From the IMG/VR virus record IMGVR_UViG_3300028591_000210, positions 879-64,878 of that record: DNA of 64,000 bases; one strand, 5' to 3'. The notes under the pieces were generated by a model that had not been told where the DNA came from, ran no database searches, and saw only the letters and a list, made by a program, of their open reading frames with translations. Made by a program: the position numbers and the translations under genes. The DNA comes from a virus. Taxonomy: Duplodnaviria; Caudoviricetes. Shown one piece after another: positions 29,539 through 40,867 of the stretch (its first letter is position 1; the number at the start of each line of letters is the position of its first letter).

Positions 29539-30480
29539 TCAAATATATTTATCATGTTCATTGTCACTTAATACAGCCCCAATTTCAAGCAATTTTGCAA
29601 TATCTCCAACAATGCTGTTTTTATCATATTCCTTTAGCATAATGGTTTCCTTTAGATTTAAAAGTCTTTCCTTTTCTTCTCCCTCATTTTCGGAAATCAT
29701 TTTATTAATCTTTTCAATGCACTCATTTTTAATTTTATTAAAAAGATTCTGCCTTCTTGATTCTGCAAGACTTGTATTAGCTGCCATAATATCTTTAACT
29801 AATGCTTGTTCAGCTTCGTTTAAAGAATTTAATTTCTTTTCAACTTGCTCGGCCATTGAAAGAACATCAATTTTATTATCATTGACCTTTTTATTTTCAA
29901 CAATATAATCGCTAATGCTCTTTATCCTATTTGTATATTCCGTTAAATTGTTTAATGACTTTTTATGGGTTAAAACATAATCACAATTTTCAGCAAATTT
30001 TAAATCACTTTCACTAATGTCATCCGTGGGCCTGATATTATATTTAATCAATAACTTTGCAAATTTATTATTTGATTCCTTTAAAGTCTTTTTGTCAATA
30101 TCCTTTGACACTAATTTCAAAGATTCATTTATATAATCCTTTGCATCGGAATCACAATTAAACTTCCTTAATGCATCACAAAATTTAAATTGGGAAAATA
30201 AATTCTTATCTTCCTTAATTAAATTAATACATTCCTTTAACGCCTTTTTATTCTTTGATAACAATCTTGGCAATGCACTTTCTAACGTGGCATTTAACGT
30301 GGCAAATTTTGAATTATTTGTAGTGTCTTCAAAATCCACCGCCTCCTTATATCTCTCATAAAAATCTTCCATTTCCTGATGATACTTTTCAGCATCCGAT
30401 ATATTTCCACTTCTCATTGCATCGGCAGCTTTTTTAACAGCATTCTGCCATAGTTGCAAATATTTAGCTTTTTCATTCAT
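29539..30480 (-). CDS. Hypothetical helical protein (head cluster)
   Basis: 313-aa ORF. Confidence 0.75.
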   Translation of the reverse strand: MNEKAKYLQLWQNAVKKAADAMRSGNISDAEKYHQEMEDFYERYKEAVDFEDTTNNSKFATLNATLESALPRLLSKNKKALKECINLIKEDKNLFSQFKFCDALRKFNCDSDAKDYINESLKLVSKDIDKKTLKESNNKFAKLLIKYNIRPTDDISESDLKFAENCDYVLTHKKSLNNLTEYTNRIKSISDYIVENKKVNDNKIDVLSMAEQVEKKLNSLNEAEQALVKDIMAANTSLAESRRQNLFNKIKNECIEKINKMISENEGEEKERLLNLKETIMLKEYDKNSIVGDIAKLLEIGAVLSDNEHDKYI

Positions 30481-30539
30481 ATTATATACAATATTTTTTT
30501 AATAAATATTTATATTTATAAAAAAAGTTCTTAAAACAT

Positions 30540-31358
30540 ATGATTACAATAAACGAATCAATTATAAAAAAAGCCTTAAGGAAAACAATCAATGAAATGA
30601 TTGAAGAAGATAGGATTGAACAACAAAATGGCGTAATAGAATTGGATAATTTCCAAAATGTAAGGCAAATTATGAATTTCTCAAAGCCGGGAGATACCAT
30701 CTATTTTGTTCAAATAATTAAAAGAAAAAAAGATAATCCTGATATGATGGATTCTCTTCAATACATCACACAGTATTATTTTAAAGGAGAACAAGAATTT
30801 AACGATGCAGAAGAAACAATCAAAACAATCTGCAAACAATTGGGAGCAAGAGCATATATATACCTAAATGCACGCTCAAAAGCAGTCATTGATAAATATA
30901 CAAAAATATATGCTGATAGATTTGCAAGAAATAGAAGCATGGCAAAACATTTCGGAAATAATCCAATGGCAGTTGCCGCAGGAAGAAGCTTTGATTCTCC
31001 TGATAGGCCTCTATGCTTTGTAGATATTGATTCATCAGACTTCAAAGATATAAGCCTCGCAATGAAAATAATACAAGATGCAGGCATTAAACCCCTATTC
31101 GCATATAGAAGCCTAAATAATGGACTGCATATTATACTTCCAAATAAAGAAGATGCCAAAAAATTGGACTTTACACCAATTAACGGAAATCTAAATGGTC
31201 TGAGCCAATTCTATAAGAATAACGCAAAAGTAAGCGTGGAAATAGATAAACCAACACTATTGTATGCCTGCTTAAAGCCAAATGGATATGATGCCCAATA
31301 TAAAAGATTTCAAAAAGCAGTAAATATAAGAGACAAAAGCAATAAAAAAACCCCATGA
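30540..31358 (+). CDS. Possible primase-polymerase (AEP)-like protein with INE-rich leader
   Basis: FVDIDS (DxD) and RSLNNGLHII (sxH-like) motifs; late motif upstream. Confidence 0.4.
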   Translation: MITINESIIKKALRKTINEMIEEDRIEQQNGVIELDNFQNVRQIMNFSKPGDTIYFVQIIKRKKDNPDMMDSLQYITQYYFKGEQEFNDAEETIKTICKQLGARAYIYLNARSKAVIDKYTKIYADRFARNRSMAKHFGNNPMAVAAGRSFDSPDRPLCFVDIDSSDFKDISLAMKIIQDAGIKPLFAYRSLNNGLHIILPNKEDAKKLDFTPINGNLNGLSQFYKNNAKVSVEIDKPTLLYACLKPNGYDAQYKRFQKAVNIRDKSNKKTP

Positions 31359-31372
31359 AAATGAGGTTTTTT
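31344..31372. terminator. Bidirectional terminator
   Basis: aaaaaaacccc atgaaaat gaggtttttt. Confidence 0.6.
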
Positions 31373-31381
31373 ATTTTGCCA

Positions 31382-33397
31382 TTATTCCAAATTATTTAAA
31401 GATTCTATCATTTTATTAAATTCATCATTTATTAATAAAGATTTATCATAAATATCTGCCATTTCCATTATGCTATCATTCTTCTTGGCAAGAGAATCAC
31501 GATTGCCTATTTTATTAACGTATGATTCAAATATAGTGTTTTCATTTATGATTGGTTTTTTCTTTAAATTCTCATTGGCAGGTGTAGGTTCATTTGAAGG
31601 CTCACTTGGTTCATTATTCATATCAGCAGTTGGTTCAGCGCCTTCATTTCCAGCAATCTCGCCCTCTTCATCAGCCCCAGGAGCTCCAAGTGTGTCGAGA
31701 CCACTTCCAAAGTCTCCGCCTCCTACACCAGGCATTCCGCCACCACCAGGCATTTCACCTTCAGGTCCACCCTGCTGTTGGTCTTCCATATATTGAGCAC
31801 CCGGCTCTCCATACATTCTATCAACAATGTCAAATACGCCAGTTCTCTTAATAATTTGAGATGTCTTCTCAAGCTCGGCAGCAAGACCCTTCTCAAGACG
31901 TATTTCTTCAAGATTCTCCTTAATCTCTTTATCAGACCACTTCATAATCTGCTTTAATGCCCTTGTTTGAGACATTATCGGCAATCCATTACCAGGGTCA
32001 GATACAGCATCCCTACAAGCAGATATTTTCTTTTGAATATTATCTATCTCAAGTTGCTCCGCCTGAGTGGAAGGATTATTCATTGTAAGATTGAAATTGG
32101 TTATGTCATCCTCAAAACCCAACAAATACAAATGAATGCTTGCAATCTTGGTAAGCTCCATCAAAAACGCCTGCTGAATCCTATTAATCACACGCGTAAA
32201 ACGAACATCCATTAAAGCAAGATTCTTGCCATCTCCAGCACTCTCCTCAAAATTCAAAAATGACTTTGGAATCCTTAAAGCAGTTAATACCTTATTTTGA
32301 ATGTATTTTATATCATCTATTGCCGTCAAATTCTGAGCAGCTGGTAACGTATCAATAGGTGTTGGCTGACTTGGGTCTCTTACAGGAATGAAGATGTCCT
32401 GACTGACATCCAATATATTCTTCCTTAAATCAACCTGTCCGGTCATTGGGTCAATAATGGGAGTTCTCTTGAAATTATTCGCCACCTGTTCAACATATGC
32501 TTGAACATCTGCATCGTCAATTGCGCCAACGTAAATCTTATATACACGCCTCTCAATTGAACGCTCCAAACGATAAATTAGCATCATATCCTCCATTAAA
32601 GATAATAATCTCCAATGCCTTCTAGCAGAATTAAGATATGAACATCCATAAGGCAGACACATTGAATTCGTTAATAGCCTAAAATGAGCAATCTGCCAAT
32701 TTCTAAACGGAACTTGACTGTTGTTCTCATCAACCCACACAAATTTTGTTGCAAAATCATCCTCATTGGTACTAGTGTTATTTGCAGCAATACTGTACCC
32801 ACTTCCATATGGATTCTGTATACCATTTTCAAGCCTTTCAACATTAAATACCGGTAATTGCCTCCATCCCTTGACGCCCAATTTATTGTCAATATCAAGA
32901 AGCATGAATTGATTGCCATATTTACACATGCTCCTTATAACCATTGGAGCAGTTATCTGCAAATTAAGACGGTTTATGAATAAATCATCCAAAATTGCTT
33001 TAATCCTATCTGATTTTGAATATATATTCACCACCTGACCCTTGTCGCCATTAAGAGTGCTTTCCTCAGAAACAGTGTCAAGAGCCGCACCAATCTCAGG
33101 AAATGAGTCCATTAAGTCAGCTTCACGGTACATTAACTTCACGTTGTTTAAACCGGCTAAAGCTGTTACAGATAAATCAATATTTGCCTTAAGCCACCTG
33201 TCCTTAAGATACCTGTTCTGCTGTAACTCCAATTTTGACTTGTCATAATCATCCTTGTCCTTAGCTTTATATAAAATAGAATTAGCCCCTGACATGTCAT
33301 ATGAATTTATATGAGGCTGCATCGATTGGTCAGATGTAAAATTACCCTTCAACGCCCTCTCAAGAGTCTGAAATACTGTTAATTTTTTCTTTGCCAT
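31382..33397 (-). CDS. Portal protein (T4 gp20-like)
   Basis: PEIGAALD, IAHFRL, PYG.SYL..ARR.WR.L.LMED.MLIYRL.R..ERRVY.I.VG. Confidence 0.93.
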   Translation of the reverse strand: MAKKKLTVFQTLERALKGNFTSDQSMQPHINSYDMSGANSILYKAKDKDDYDKSKLELQQNRYLKDRWLKANIDLSVTALAGLNNVKLMYREADLMDSFPEIGAALDTVSEESTLNGDKGQVVNIYSKSDRIKAILDDLFINRLNLQITAPMVIRSMCKYGNQFMLLDIDNKLGVKGWRQLPVFNVERLENGIQNPYGSGYSIAANNTSTNEDDFATKFVWVDENNSQVPFRNWQIAHFRLLTNSMCLPYGCSYLNSARRHWRLLSLMEDMMLIYRLERSIERRVYKIYVGAIDDADVQAYVEQVANNFKRTPIIDPMTGQVDLRKNILDVSQDIFIPVRDPSQPTPIDTLPAAQNLTAIDDIKYIQNKVLTALRIPKSFLNFEESAGDGKNLALMDVRFTRVINRIQQAFLMELTKIASIHLYLLGFEDDITNFNLTMNNPSTQAEQLEIDNIQKKISACRDAVSDPGNGLPIMSQTRALKQIMKWSDKEIKENLEEIRLEKGLAAELEKTSQIIKRTGVFDIVDRMYGEPGAQYMEDQQQGGPEGEMPGGGGMPGVGGGDFGSGLDTLGAPGADEEGEIAGNEGAEPTADMNNEPSEPSNEPTPANENLKKKPIINENTIFESYVNKIGNRDSLAKKNDSIMEMADIYDKSLLINDEFNKMIESLNNLE

Positions 33398-33465
33398 TTA
33401 TCTAAAAACTTTTATAAAAAATAACTACTTATCGATAAATATAAATATTTACAGCAACCATTTTA

Positions 33466-36400
33466 TCATTTACCATAATTGGCAAATAACCACATGAAAT
33501 TACCATTAATACCATCAATCTTTTTCAATAACTTATTGTCATAAAAAGGTAAACCACTCTTGGGAGTAATCGGAGAATCATTGCTCAAATGCTTCTTATT
33601 TAAACTAATTGAATTTCCCATCATGTATGCGCCCAAAATCGCCTTGTCCTTATTCTGAGCACTCTCTAACTTTTTATAAGAAAATAACATTACAAATAAA
33701 CCCATCGCCAAACAAGTAATCGCATCGTCATGTTGACCATCTTGGTGGTCCATTCTCTTTGCTTCACCCTTGAATATCCAACTGTTTAACTCAGTTATTA
33801 CCCTGTTTGACCTAATCTTAAATTCATTGTTCCTTACCATGTTTGCAAAATTAGCAAGAACAGGATAACGGTTTCCCTGCATATGAAAACCAGGCATAAC
33901 ATCGGTATAATCCTTCGACGGCTGCTGAGTGCTAACCTGAACCGTGTACTTCTTTAAAGTAGAATCGTCGTAAAATAAATTCTTATAACCCTTGTTTATT
34001 AATACAAATAAAGGAACATCGCCCAACCCATTCGTACAATCTATTACTACATAGGCGTTGTTGTATAAAACCGCGTAGTTATAAAGTATTTCACCAATTT
34101 CATCTCCAAGTTTTTTTCCATAATATTCCATAACTTGTTCAACTATTGGAAACCCGTTTTCATCCTTTCCATCCATATCGATAACCTCAATCGCAGTATT
34201 GTCATCAGAGCTGCCCCTTGATGGGTCACAATTCCCAACGCCTATGTAGTTACACATGTACGAATGGCTATTGGATTCTGTTTCGAAATTATATACTCTT
34301 CCAGAATATTTTTGTACTTTAATATCTTTTATTCTTAAAAATAGTATAGTTTCATCATCATTGAAAAATGAATATGATATTGCCCTTCTATTTTTTGATT
34401 TAGATAAATAATCTATTCCTATTTTCTCGCATAACAAATTTGTGTTTCCTTTGCTTAAAGTTAAGTCATATTTATCGTTTAAATGACACATTCTTCCAAT
34501 CACTAAGCCAAAATGTTCTTTTGTGCATTGTTTTATCGAACTTATTATACCAATTGACAGTAGCATGTCTCTCACATCTTTTAATAAATTCAGCGAAATT
34601 GAAACAAATTCTATAATATTAAATTTATTTAAACAACCATCACCATCAAAATACCCCCTTAAAAATTCAATCACATATTCTGACGGAAGCATTTTTACCC
34701 ATTCACTAACGTGTTTGTTTTTCGAACCAAAAGAAAATGTATCAATTAAAAATTTTTTTAAAGCACTTGAAGTAAAACGAATCTGTGTACAGTTTTCATT
34801 TTTTATTTTGCATATTGAGGCATTTGCGTTAAAAATAGTAGTAGCTACCATTTCAGCCCTATGTATAATTTTGTTTTCATTACTATTGTGAGTTGTAATT
34901 ATTGTATTATCGTGATTTGTTAAACTTCCTTCTGCCACCCATAGCCCACAATACCACCAAAAATCTTTGTTTAATAAAACGTTAGATTCTAAATTATATC
35001 TACAGTATTTTTTTATTTCATCGACATTAATTTTATTAATTTTATAAAAATTTGGTATGGCTAACCAATCTCCTTTTTTCAATAAATTCGCATTATTTTT
35101 ACAAAATTTAAAATCCCAATATCTGCCTCTAACATCATTTCGTTTTAATTTTGTATCAATAGATGACCATATTGGATGATTCCAAGTAAATCTGGTGCTA
35201 TTAAATGCCATATACGGCAATATCTCCACAACCTCCTCATTCTCAACTTCCCTACACATTCTGTGCTTTATCTTTGTAAACTCACCCTCCTTGGTAACAA
35301 GAAGGTCATCATCTTGCACATTTTCAACATTAACAAGGCCACGCTGCGTTAATACCTGCTCTCCAGTTGGTAAACAACTACATATATATCTATGCCCCTC
35401 AATTGGTGGCTTCCAAAACCAAGTTTCATCAACCAACGGGTCTTTCATGTCAGTCAACGGCTCACGAACGTTTAATGTTTCATGCATTTCAATATACTCA
35501 GGGTCAATAACGTTGTCAGAAGAACCTGCAAAAGATACATCCAACTCCTGAGCAATCTTAACACGGTCATTGTTAAATGATTGGCACATGTCCTCATACC
35601 AAGGTGAACGGGGAGTCCACCCTTTTTGTATGAGTCCTTCCCAGTGCTCTTCGTCATATTTAACCGAACCTTCTTTATCAAGCGTTGGCTCAATTATCCA
35701 TTTCATTTCGCCAGTTTTTTCATCTTTTTTAAACCACTTAAGATTTTTATTATATCTTGGGTCTTGATACCAACGGAATTGAACGGCAACAAAGTTATTT
35801 TCTCCAGCAAGCGCTTGTCTATAAGTATCATAATACAATTCATCATGTCCATTCGGTGTGCTCACCATAACTGTTTTTGAGCTAGGGTTTGAAGCCATTG
35901 TTGCTGCCGCTGTTGCATATACGGCCTTTGAATTTTCTATAAAGGCAGCCTCATCGAGAATTAGTATTGATACTGCTGAGATACCACGCGCTGCATTTTC
36001 TCCTGAAGAACGTGCAACAACTCTACAGCCATTAAAGAGTTCTAGCTCTGATTTTGAGTCTTTAACGAATATGCTTTTTTGGTTTTTTTCTGACTTTGGG
36101 TCTGGCGAATAATACTCGTCTCCCCAGTACCATCTTGGAACCTGATTTAAGAAATCATGTATCTTCGTGATGAGTTGCTGGGCGAGGTCGAGTTTATTAC
36201 CTATGCAAAGTATTGTTTCTGGCGCGTCTTTATCTGCTAGTGCGCATTTTCTTGTTGCCCATGCTGATGTTAGTGTTGTAATACCGCACTGTCTTGGTTT
36301 GATTGACACAACGTTTCTATTTTTTGCGAGTGTTTCTAGGAACACACGTTGTCTTGGAAAGAGCATGAATGGCATTTTCTTTCCTCTTGTTGCATCAAAT

Positions 36401-36492
36401 GTATATAGATATTTTTCAATAAATTTGATTCCTGACTCATCTTGTAGACATTCTATGTAGTCACGAACCATTTCTTCTGTATCATGTATCAT
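33466..36492 (-). CDS. terL: Terminase large subunit with intein
   Basis: Walker A KPRQCGIT and Walker B LILDEAAF; nuclease DPSRG and DDAITCLAM. Confidence 0.93.
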   Translation of the reverse strand: MIHDTEEMVRDYIECLQDESGIKFIEKYLYTFDATRGKKMPFMLFPRQRVFLETLAKNRNVVSIKPRQCGITTLTSAWATRKCALADKDAPETILCIGNKLDLAQQLITKIHDFLNQVPRWYWGDEYYSPDPKSEKNQKSIFVKDSKSELELFNGCRVVARSSGENAARGISAVSILILDEAAFIENSKAVYATAAATMASNPSSKTVMVSTPNGHDELYYDTYRQALAGENNFVAVQFRWYQDPRYNKNLKWFKKDEKTGEMKWIIEPTLDKEGSVKYDEEHWEGLIQKGWTPRSPWYEDMCQSFNNDRVKIAQELDVSFAGSSDNVIDPEYIEMHETLNVREPLTDMKDPLVDETWFWKPPIEGHRYICSCLPTGEQVLTQRGLVNVENVQDDDLLVTKEGEFTKIKHRMCREVENEEVVEILPYMAFNSTRFTWNHPIWSSIDTKLKRNDVRGRYWDFKFCKNNANLLKKGDWLAIPNFYKINKINVDEIKKYCRYNLESNVLLNKDFWWYCGLWVAEGSLTNHDNTIITTHNSNENKIIHRAEMVATTIFNANASICKIKNENCTQIRFTSSALKKFLIDTFSFGSKNKHVSEWVKMLPSEYVIEFLRGYFDGDGCLNKFNIIEFVSISLNLLKDVRDMLLSIGIISSIKQCTKEHFGLVIGRMCHLNDKYDLTLSKGNTNLLCEKIGIDYLSKSKNRRAISYSFFNDDETILFLRIKDIKVQKYSGRVYNFETESNSHSYMCNYIGVGNCDPSRGSSDDNTAIEVIDMDGKDENGFPIVEQVMEYYGKKLGDEIGEILYNYAVLYNNAYVVIDCTNGLGDVPLFVLINKGYKNLFYDDSTLKKYTVQVSTQQPSKDYTDVMPGFHMQGNRYPVLANFANMVRNNEFKIRSNRVITELNSWIFKGEAKRMDHQDGQHDDAITCLAMGLFVMLFSYKKLESAQNKDKAILGAYMMGNSISLNKKHLSNDSPITPKSGLPFYDNKLLKKIDGINGNFMWLFANYGK
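34231..35376 (-). mobile_element. LAGLIDADG intein (382 aa, residues 373-754)
   Basis: Starts CLPTGEQV and ends VYNFET...IGVGN before Cys(+1); motifs GLWVAEGS and FLRGYFDGDG. Confidence 0.9.
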
Positions 36493-37606
36493 GTTTTTTT
36501 ATTTCGTTTAATAGTTCATTTTCATCAATAATGATTTCATCGTTATATTTCTTTTTTGCAAAATATAGTAGTTTTACATTATTTTTATCGCATAATTCTT
36601 TTTTTCTTTTATCTCTTTCTATTGTTTTTAAAAATTCTACGTTTCCGCCAAATGCTTCTCTTGGTTCAAAATGTTGAATACCCTGGCATTCTATGGCAAC
36701 ATTATAATCCGGCAAATAAAAATCAAAATGTTGTTTTCCTAACCATTCTATTGAAAATTGCCTTTTAAAATTTAAATTATTTTTAACGAGAAATTTATCA
36801 ATTTCCATTTCTAATTTAGACTCTCTGCAATATGGGCATCCTACTCCCCTTAAATGTGATGATGGCACTTGATAAAAATCTCCATGCTCTGGGCATGTTA
36901 TTAATATTTTTTCTTGAGAATTTACATATGTTTCTTTATGATATATATATTTATTTCCATGAACATTTTCTGCTTTTCTTTTAAAATCTTCAAATGTATC
37001 TCTTCTTGCTTTAGATATTAATCTATTTGCGCACTTTCTGCATCCCCTTCCATTCAAATGTCCGCTGGGCGTTTGCCAAAATTCGCCATGTTCTGGGCAC
37101 ATTATTTTTATTCTACCCTTTTCATCTCTATTATCTATGCATGTTTCACTATAAATATATTTGCCTTTATGTATTTTATTTGCCCTTTCTATGAATTCTT
37201 CATTTGTCATTTTTATTCCTCCATTACATTTTGAACACCCTTTACCTATTAAATGTGAAAAAGGTTCTTGCCAAAATTCGCCATGTTCCGGACAAATTAT
37301 GCATACTTTCGTATGTGCATTTACATAATCTACTTTGGAATAATCATATTTGTTTTTATGTATTTTATTTGATTTTTTTATAAATTCTTCTTTGGATAAT
37401 CTTGATGCATCTGCTATTCTCTTTCTTCCGCACATATAGCACCCCCTTCCACTTAAATGGTCAGATGGGGTTTGCCAAAATTCACCATGCTCCGGACAAA
37501 TTATGCATACTTTTTCCTTATTATTCTTACCATATTCTGTTTTAGAATAATCATACTTATCACCATGAATTTTTTTAGCCTTTTCAATAAATTCTTCTGT
37601 ATTCAT
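36482..37606 (-). CDS. Free-standing zinc-repeat endonuclease overlapping the terminase start
   Basis: Four CPEHGEFWQ-type repeats and FDFYLPDYNVAIECQGIQH. Confidence 0.8.
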   Translation of the reverse strand: MNTEEFIEKAKKIHGDKYDYSKTEYGKNNKEKVCIICPEHGEFWQTPSDHLSGRGCYMCGRKRIADASRLSKEEFIKKSNKIHKNKYDYSKVDYVNAHTKVCIICPEHGEFWQEPFSHLIGKGCSKCNGGIKMTNEEFIERANKIHKGKYIYSETCIDNRDEKGRIKIMCPEHGEFWQTPSGHLNGRGCRKCANRLISKARRDTFEDFKRKAENVHGNKYIYHKETYVNSQEKILITCPEHGDFYQVPSSHLRGVGCPYCRESKLEMEIDKFLVKNNLNFKRQFSIEWLGKQHFDFYLPDYNVAIECQGIQHFEPREAFGGNVEFLKTIERDKRKKELCDKNNVKLLYFAKKKYNDEIIIDENELLNEIKKHDT

Positions 37607-37732
37607 AATTTCAAAAAATTTTTAATGTATAAAAATATGCAAAAAATATTTAAAAAAAAGAAATTAATTTTAATAATTATCATGTTATATATAAAATATA
37701 ATAAAAAAACCGGGAAAGTCAATTTCTCGGTT

Positions 37733-39850
37733 TTATGCGTTGTACTTATTTATTATTTTAATCTTATTTGCGTCAAATATAACATAATTATATGCATTTT
37801 CTGAAGCCCCTTCTGGCTTTTTCCATCTTGTTCCTGATGGGTATTTTATACCATCAAATCCGCATTGTATTAATAATAATGATGCTGCTTTTTGGCTACC
37901 CGTTATGCTGCTTAATCTATTATAGACATCTTTTCCATCTGCCTTTAGGACCACAGTATAGAATTCTGGTGAAAAGAATGAACTATATTTTTCGTCTTTT
38001 GTTAAACATTCAATCATATAATCTACATAATCCGGATTACGTTTTATCCACTGTATTTTACTATATAGTCCTTCTTTAAAAGGATAATTATGTTCCGCCA
38101 TCATATTCAAATATTTATCCGGTACTCTTAAAAATCCTTTTATTAATCTTACCATAAATTCTTTTGGAAATGGTTCATACCATTCAATATAGTTTTGCCC
38201 ATTATCATCAGGTATATCTACCTCATATAAGAATGCATCTTCTTTTCTAAGTGACATTACTATATTATACCATCTTTTATTTCTTTGTTTTTGCTCTTCA
38301 TTGTTCCATTCTGCTGTAATTCCTTTTTCGCAAATTTCAATAAATTCTTTTAAACTTCCGACCCATCGAAAATTTTCAATAATATCATGTGCTTCCCTTT
38401 TTGCCTCTTCCCATTCATAGTCATATTTGGTAACTAATATATTAATAATATCATTTTCCGAAGTTTTTCCTAATGTTTTTGCAGTTTCAGAATAGCCTCT
38501 CGCCACTGCTTCATCGTCTGTTACATATGTTCCCCACCCAAACGACTGTGAGCCCGCTCCGGTATTTAAATATTTTTTATGGTTGAATTTATCAAAATTA
38601 GAACCTGTTCCATGATATGCCATCATTTCATCAGTTTCGTTTTCTTCGATGACATCATATTCTTCAAGTTCATCTTTTGAAAAGCAATCATCAGAAATTA
38701 GGCTCGCTTCAATATTTTTTTGGTCTATTTTATCTTTAAATTCCTGATATTCTGCATTATGTGCGATGGTTTTATCTATTTCTTTGGCCACACGTTCTCC
38801 TTTATTGGTTCCGATTAAGAAATCTTTCATAACCTCATTAAATTCTTCTGTTGGTAGATTGCATAATTCCATAAAGAAGAATGGTATTCTATTAGGTAAA
38901 GATAATAACTCTGTGTGATATTTCTTTGTTAATGTATCATTCAAAATATCAATAATGCTCATGCCAAACCTCAAATCCCATGGCTCTGCCAATAAGAAAT
39001 CAGATTTTTTAATAATATACATCGCTTTTTTATTATCTTCCGGCAATCCATGAGAAGAAAATAATTCAAGAAATCCTCTAATGGTATCTCTTAATAAAAA
39101 TGGAAATATTATACCTTGGGAATTAATTACAGTTTTCTTGCCATTTCTCCCCAATTTAACTTCAACATAAGACATTAAAAAAGGATTTTTATTATCTATC
39201 TTCTCTTCATTTGTAAAAAGCAAATAATCACTAATCTTTTTTATCTTAAACCAAAGATTCCATAATTCATTATTTAAACCATCTACAGTATCATATAAAT
39301 CATCAATATCGGTTGAAAGCCAATATGACATACCCTGTATTAAAGAATTTATAAATCTCCTCTTTAACACACACCTATTCATTATTTCAATTTCAGCCAA
39401 ATCTTCAAATGTATATAGATTATCACTATTTTCTTCAGGTAAAACCCTCACTGAACTTTTTGGCTTAACTTTACCCACCAAATTACAATTCAAAATAATT
39501 GTTTCTTCCGGTATTGAAAAATATTGATTTACAACATTATAACATAACTTTTCTAATTGAGGCCTAATCGGTTCTTCTATCTTCTTACATTTACTAACTA
39601 ATTTGCTTAATAAATTTAAAAGATATTCAGTATCTTTTGACTCTATCTCCCCATCCTCAATCATTCTGTCAATAACGAAATTAACATCTTCAAATTTTTT
39701 CTTTATAATATCATATTCAAACCCAAAATCGCCATAGGGCGGAAATGCAGGATTATCGCCCAATGACGTTCTCTTTTCTTTAATTGCTTTATATATAAAC
39801 GGGGGTAATTTAAGAAGGCCTAATTGCCCCTCAGTTAAAACTATTTTCAT
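37733..39850 (-). CDS. Two-domain protein with C-terminal ADP-ribosyltransferase-like (ART-PolyVal-like) domain
   Basis: AYHGT..NFDKF...FGWGTYVT, LYEVDIP and GFDGIKY...NYVIFD; leader MKIVLTE. Confidence 0.65.
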   Translation of the reverse strand: MKIVLTEGQLGLLKLPPFIYKAIKEKRTSLGDNPAFPPYGDFGFEYDIIKKKFEDVNFVIDRMIEDGEIESKDTEYLLNLLSKLVSKCKKIEEPIRPQLEKLCYNVVNQYFSIPEETIILNCNLVGKVKPKSSVRVLPEENSDNLYTFEDLAEIEIMNRCVLKRRFINSLIQGMSYWLSTDIDDLYDTVDGLNNELWNLWFKIKKISDYLLFTNEEKIDNKNPFLMSYVEVKLGRNGKKTVINSQGIIFPFLLRDTIRGFLELFSSHGLPEDNKKAMYIIKKSDFLLAEPWDLRFGMSIIDILNDTLTKKYHTELLSLPNRIPFFFMELCNLPTEEFNEVMKDFLIGTNKGERVAKEIDKTIAHNAEYQEFKDKIDQKNIEASLISDDCFSKDELEEYDVIEENETDEMMAYHGTGSNFDKFNHKKYLNTGAGSQSFGWGTYVTDDEAVARGYSETAKTLGKTSENDIINILVTKYDYEWEEAKREAHDIIENFRWVGSLKEFIEICEKGITAEWNNEEQKQRNKRWYNIVMSLRKEDAFLYEVDIPDDNGQNYIEWYEPFPKEFMVRLIKGFLRVPDKYLNMMAEHNYPFKEGLYSKIQWIKRNPDYVDYMIECLTKDEKYSSFFSPEFYTVVLKADGKDVYNRLSSITGSQKAASLLLIQCGFDGIKYPSGTRWKKPEGASENAYNYVIFDANKIKIINKYNA

Positions 39851-39854
39851 CCTT

Positions 39855-40256
39855 TTAAAGAGATTTTAAAAAATTATCAAGCTCCTTTTTGGAAAATGCT
39901 ATACCCTCTTTTAAATTTTTCTTTCTGTTCTTACCCTCTATTCTAATCTTACCAGGCATATCAACAGGATTTGATGTTGTTATCATCCTCATCGCTTGAT
40001 TTATAGACGAAGCATCCTTCGGAATTGTCATCGTCTGATTAGCATTTGACGGCGCTATGGTCTTATTTGTATAACCTTGAGTCTGTATCTCCACCGGATT
40101 GTTATTAGTATTCTGCTGCTGAACAGAATCATAATCCTGCTGCAATGAATCAACATTGTTGTCATTTTCACTATTAACAACAGATAAAGCAGGCTTATTA
40201 TCCGTATTTATATCCTCAACTAACTTTAATTGACTTTTTTTAAAAATAATATTCAT
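39855..40256 (-). CDS. Hypothetical protein (head cluster)
   Basis: 133-aa ORF; late motif at 40275-40282. Confidence 0.7.
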   Translation of the reverse strand: MNIIFKKSQLKLVEDINTDNKPALSVVNSENDNNVDSLQQDYDSVQQQNTNNNPVEIQTQGYTNKTIAPSNANQTMTIPKDASSINQAMRMITTSNPVDMPGKIRIEGKNRKKNLKEGIAFSKKELDNFLKSL

Positions 40257-40322
40257 AATACATACATGTTTTAATATAAATAATAAGAAAAATGAAAAAA
40301 GGAGTAAATTACTTACTCCTTT

Positions 40323-40817
40323 TTATCTATTACAAACAAATGGACTGTTTTTTGATATTTTATCATTAGAAATATATTTCTTGTCACGCTTTACAGGCTT
40401 CCTACCATTTAAAATCTCATCAGAAATCTCTTTCACTAATCTATTTTCCATGGCCATCTGAGACTGCTCTTCATCACCCATAGGCTCCTGCAACTCATCA
40501 TCACTCATATCTTCAGAATTACCCTTCAACTTCTTTATCACACTTCTCTTATCTTTATCAGTCAATGAATCTGCAACTTGAGCCGCTATCATGTTAATAG
40601 CATACTTGTTGATTTTTTCATCATCCGTTGGGTTCTCTTCATTATATGTGTTTAATGCCTGACTAAGCTCTCCAGAATATTTCTTAACATCTGAGCCAAC
40701 TCCGCCTTCATTTCCATCTGTATTCATTGGAGGCTCATCTACACCCATCTGGTCTGACATGCCTCCATCCATAGGACCTTGTTCAGGCGCAACTCCCATA
40801 GGAGGCATAGGAGGCAT
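40323..40817 (-). CDS. Probable C-terminal part of the 40868-42526 protein (separated by a frameshift)
   Basis: Frame is open 28 codons upstream of the first ATG and overlaps the upstream gene end at an A9 run. Confidence 0.55.
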   Translation of the reverse strand: MPPMPPMGVAPEQGPMDGGMSDQMGVDEPPMNTDGNEGGVGSDVKKYSGELSQALNTYNEENPTDDEKINKYAINMIAAQVADSLTDKDKRSVIKKLKGNSEDMSDDELQEPMGDEEQSQMAMENRLVKEISDEILNGRKPVKRDKKYISNDKISKNSPFVCNR

Positions 40818-40867
40818 TGGAGCTTCATTACTGCCATCGTTGGGCAGTCTTAAAACATTTTTCTCAT

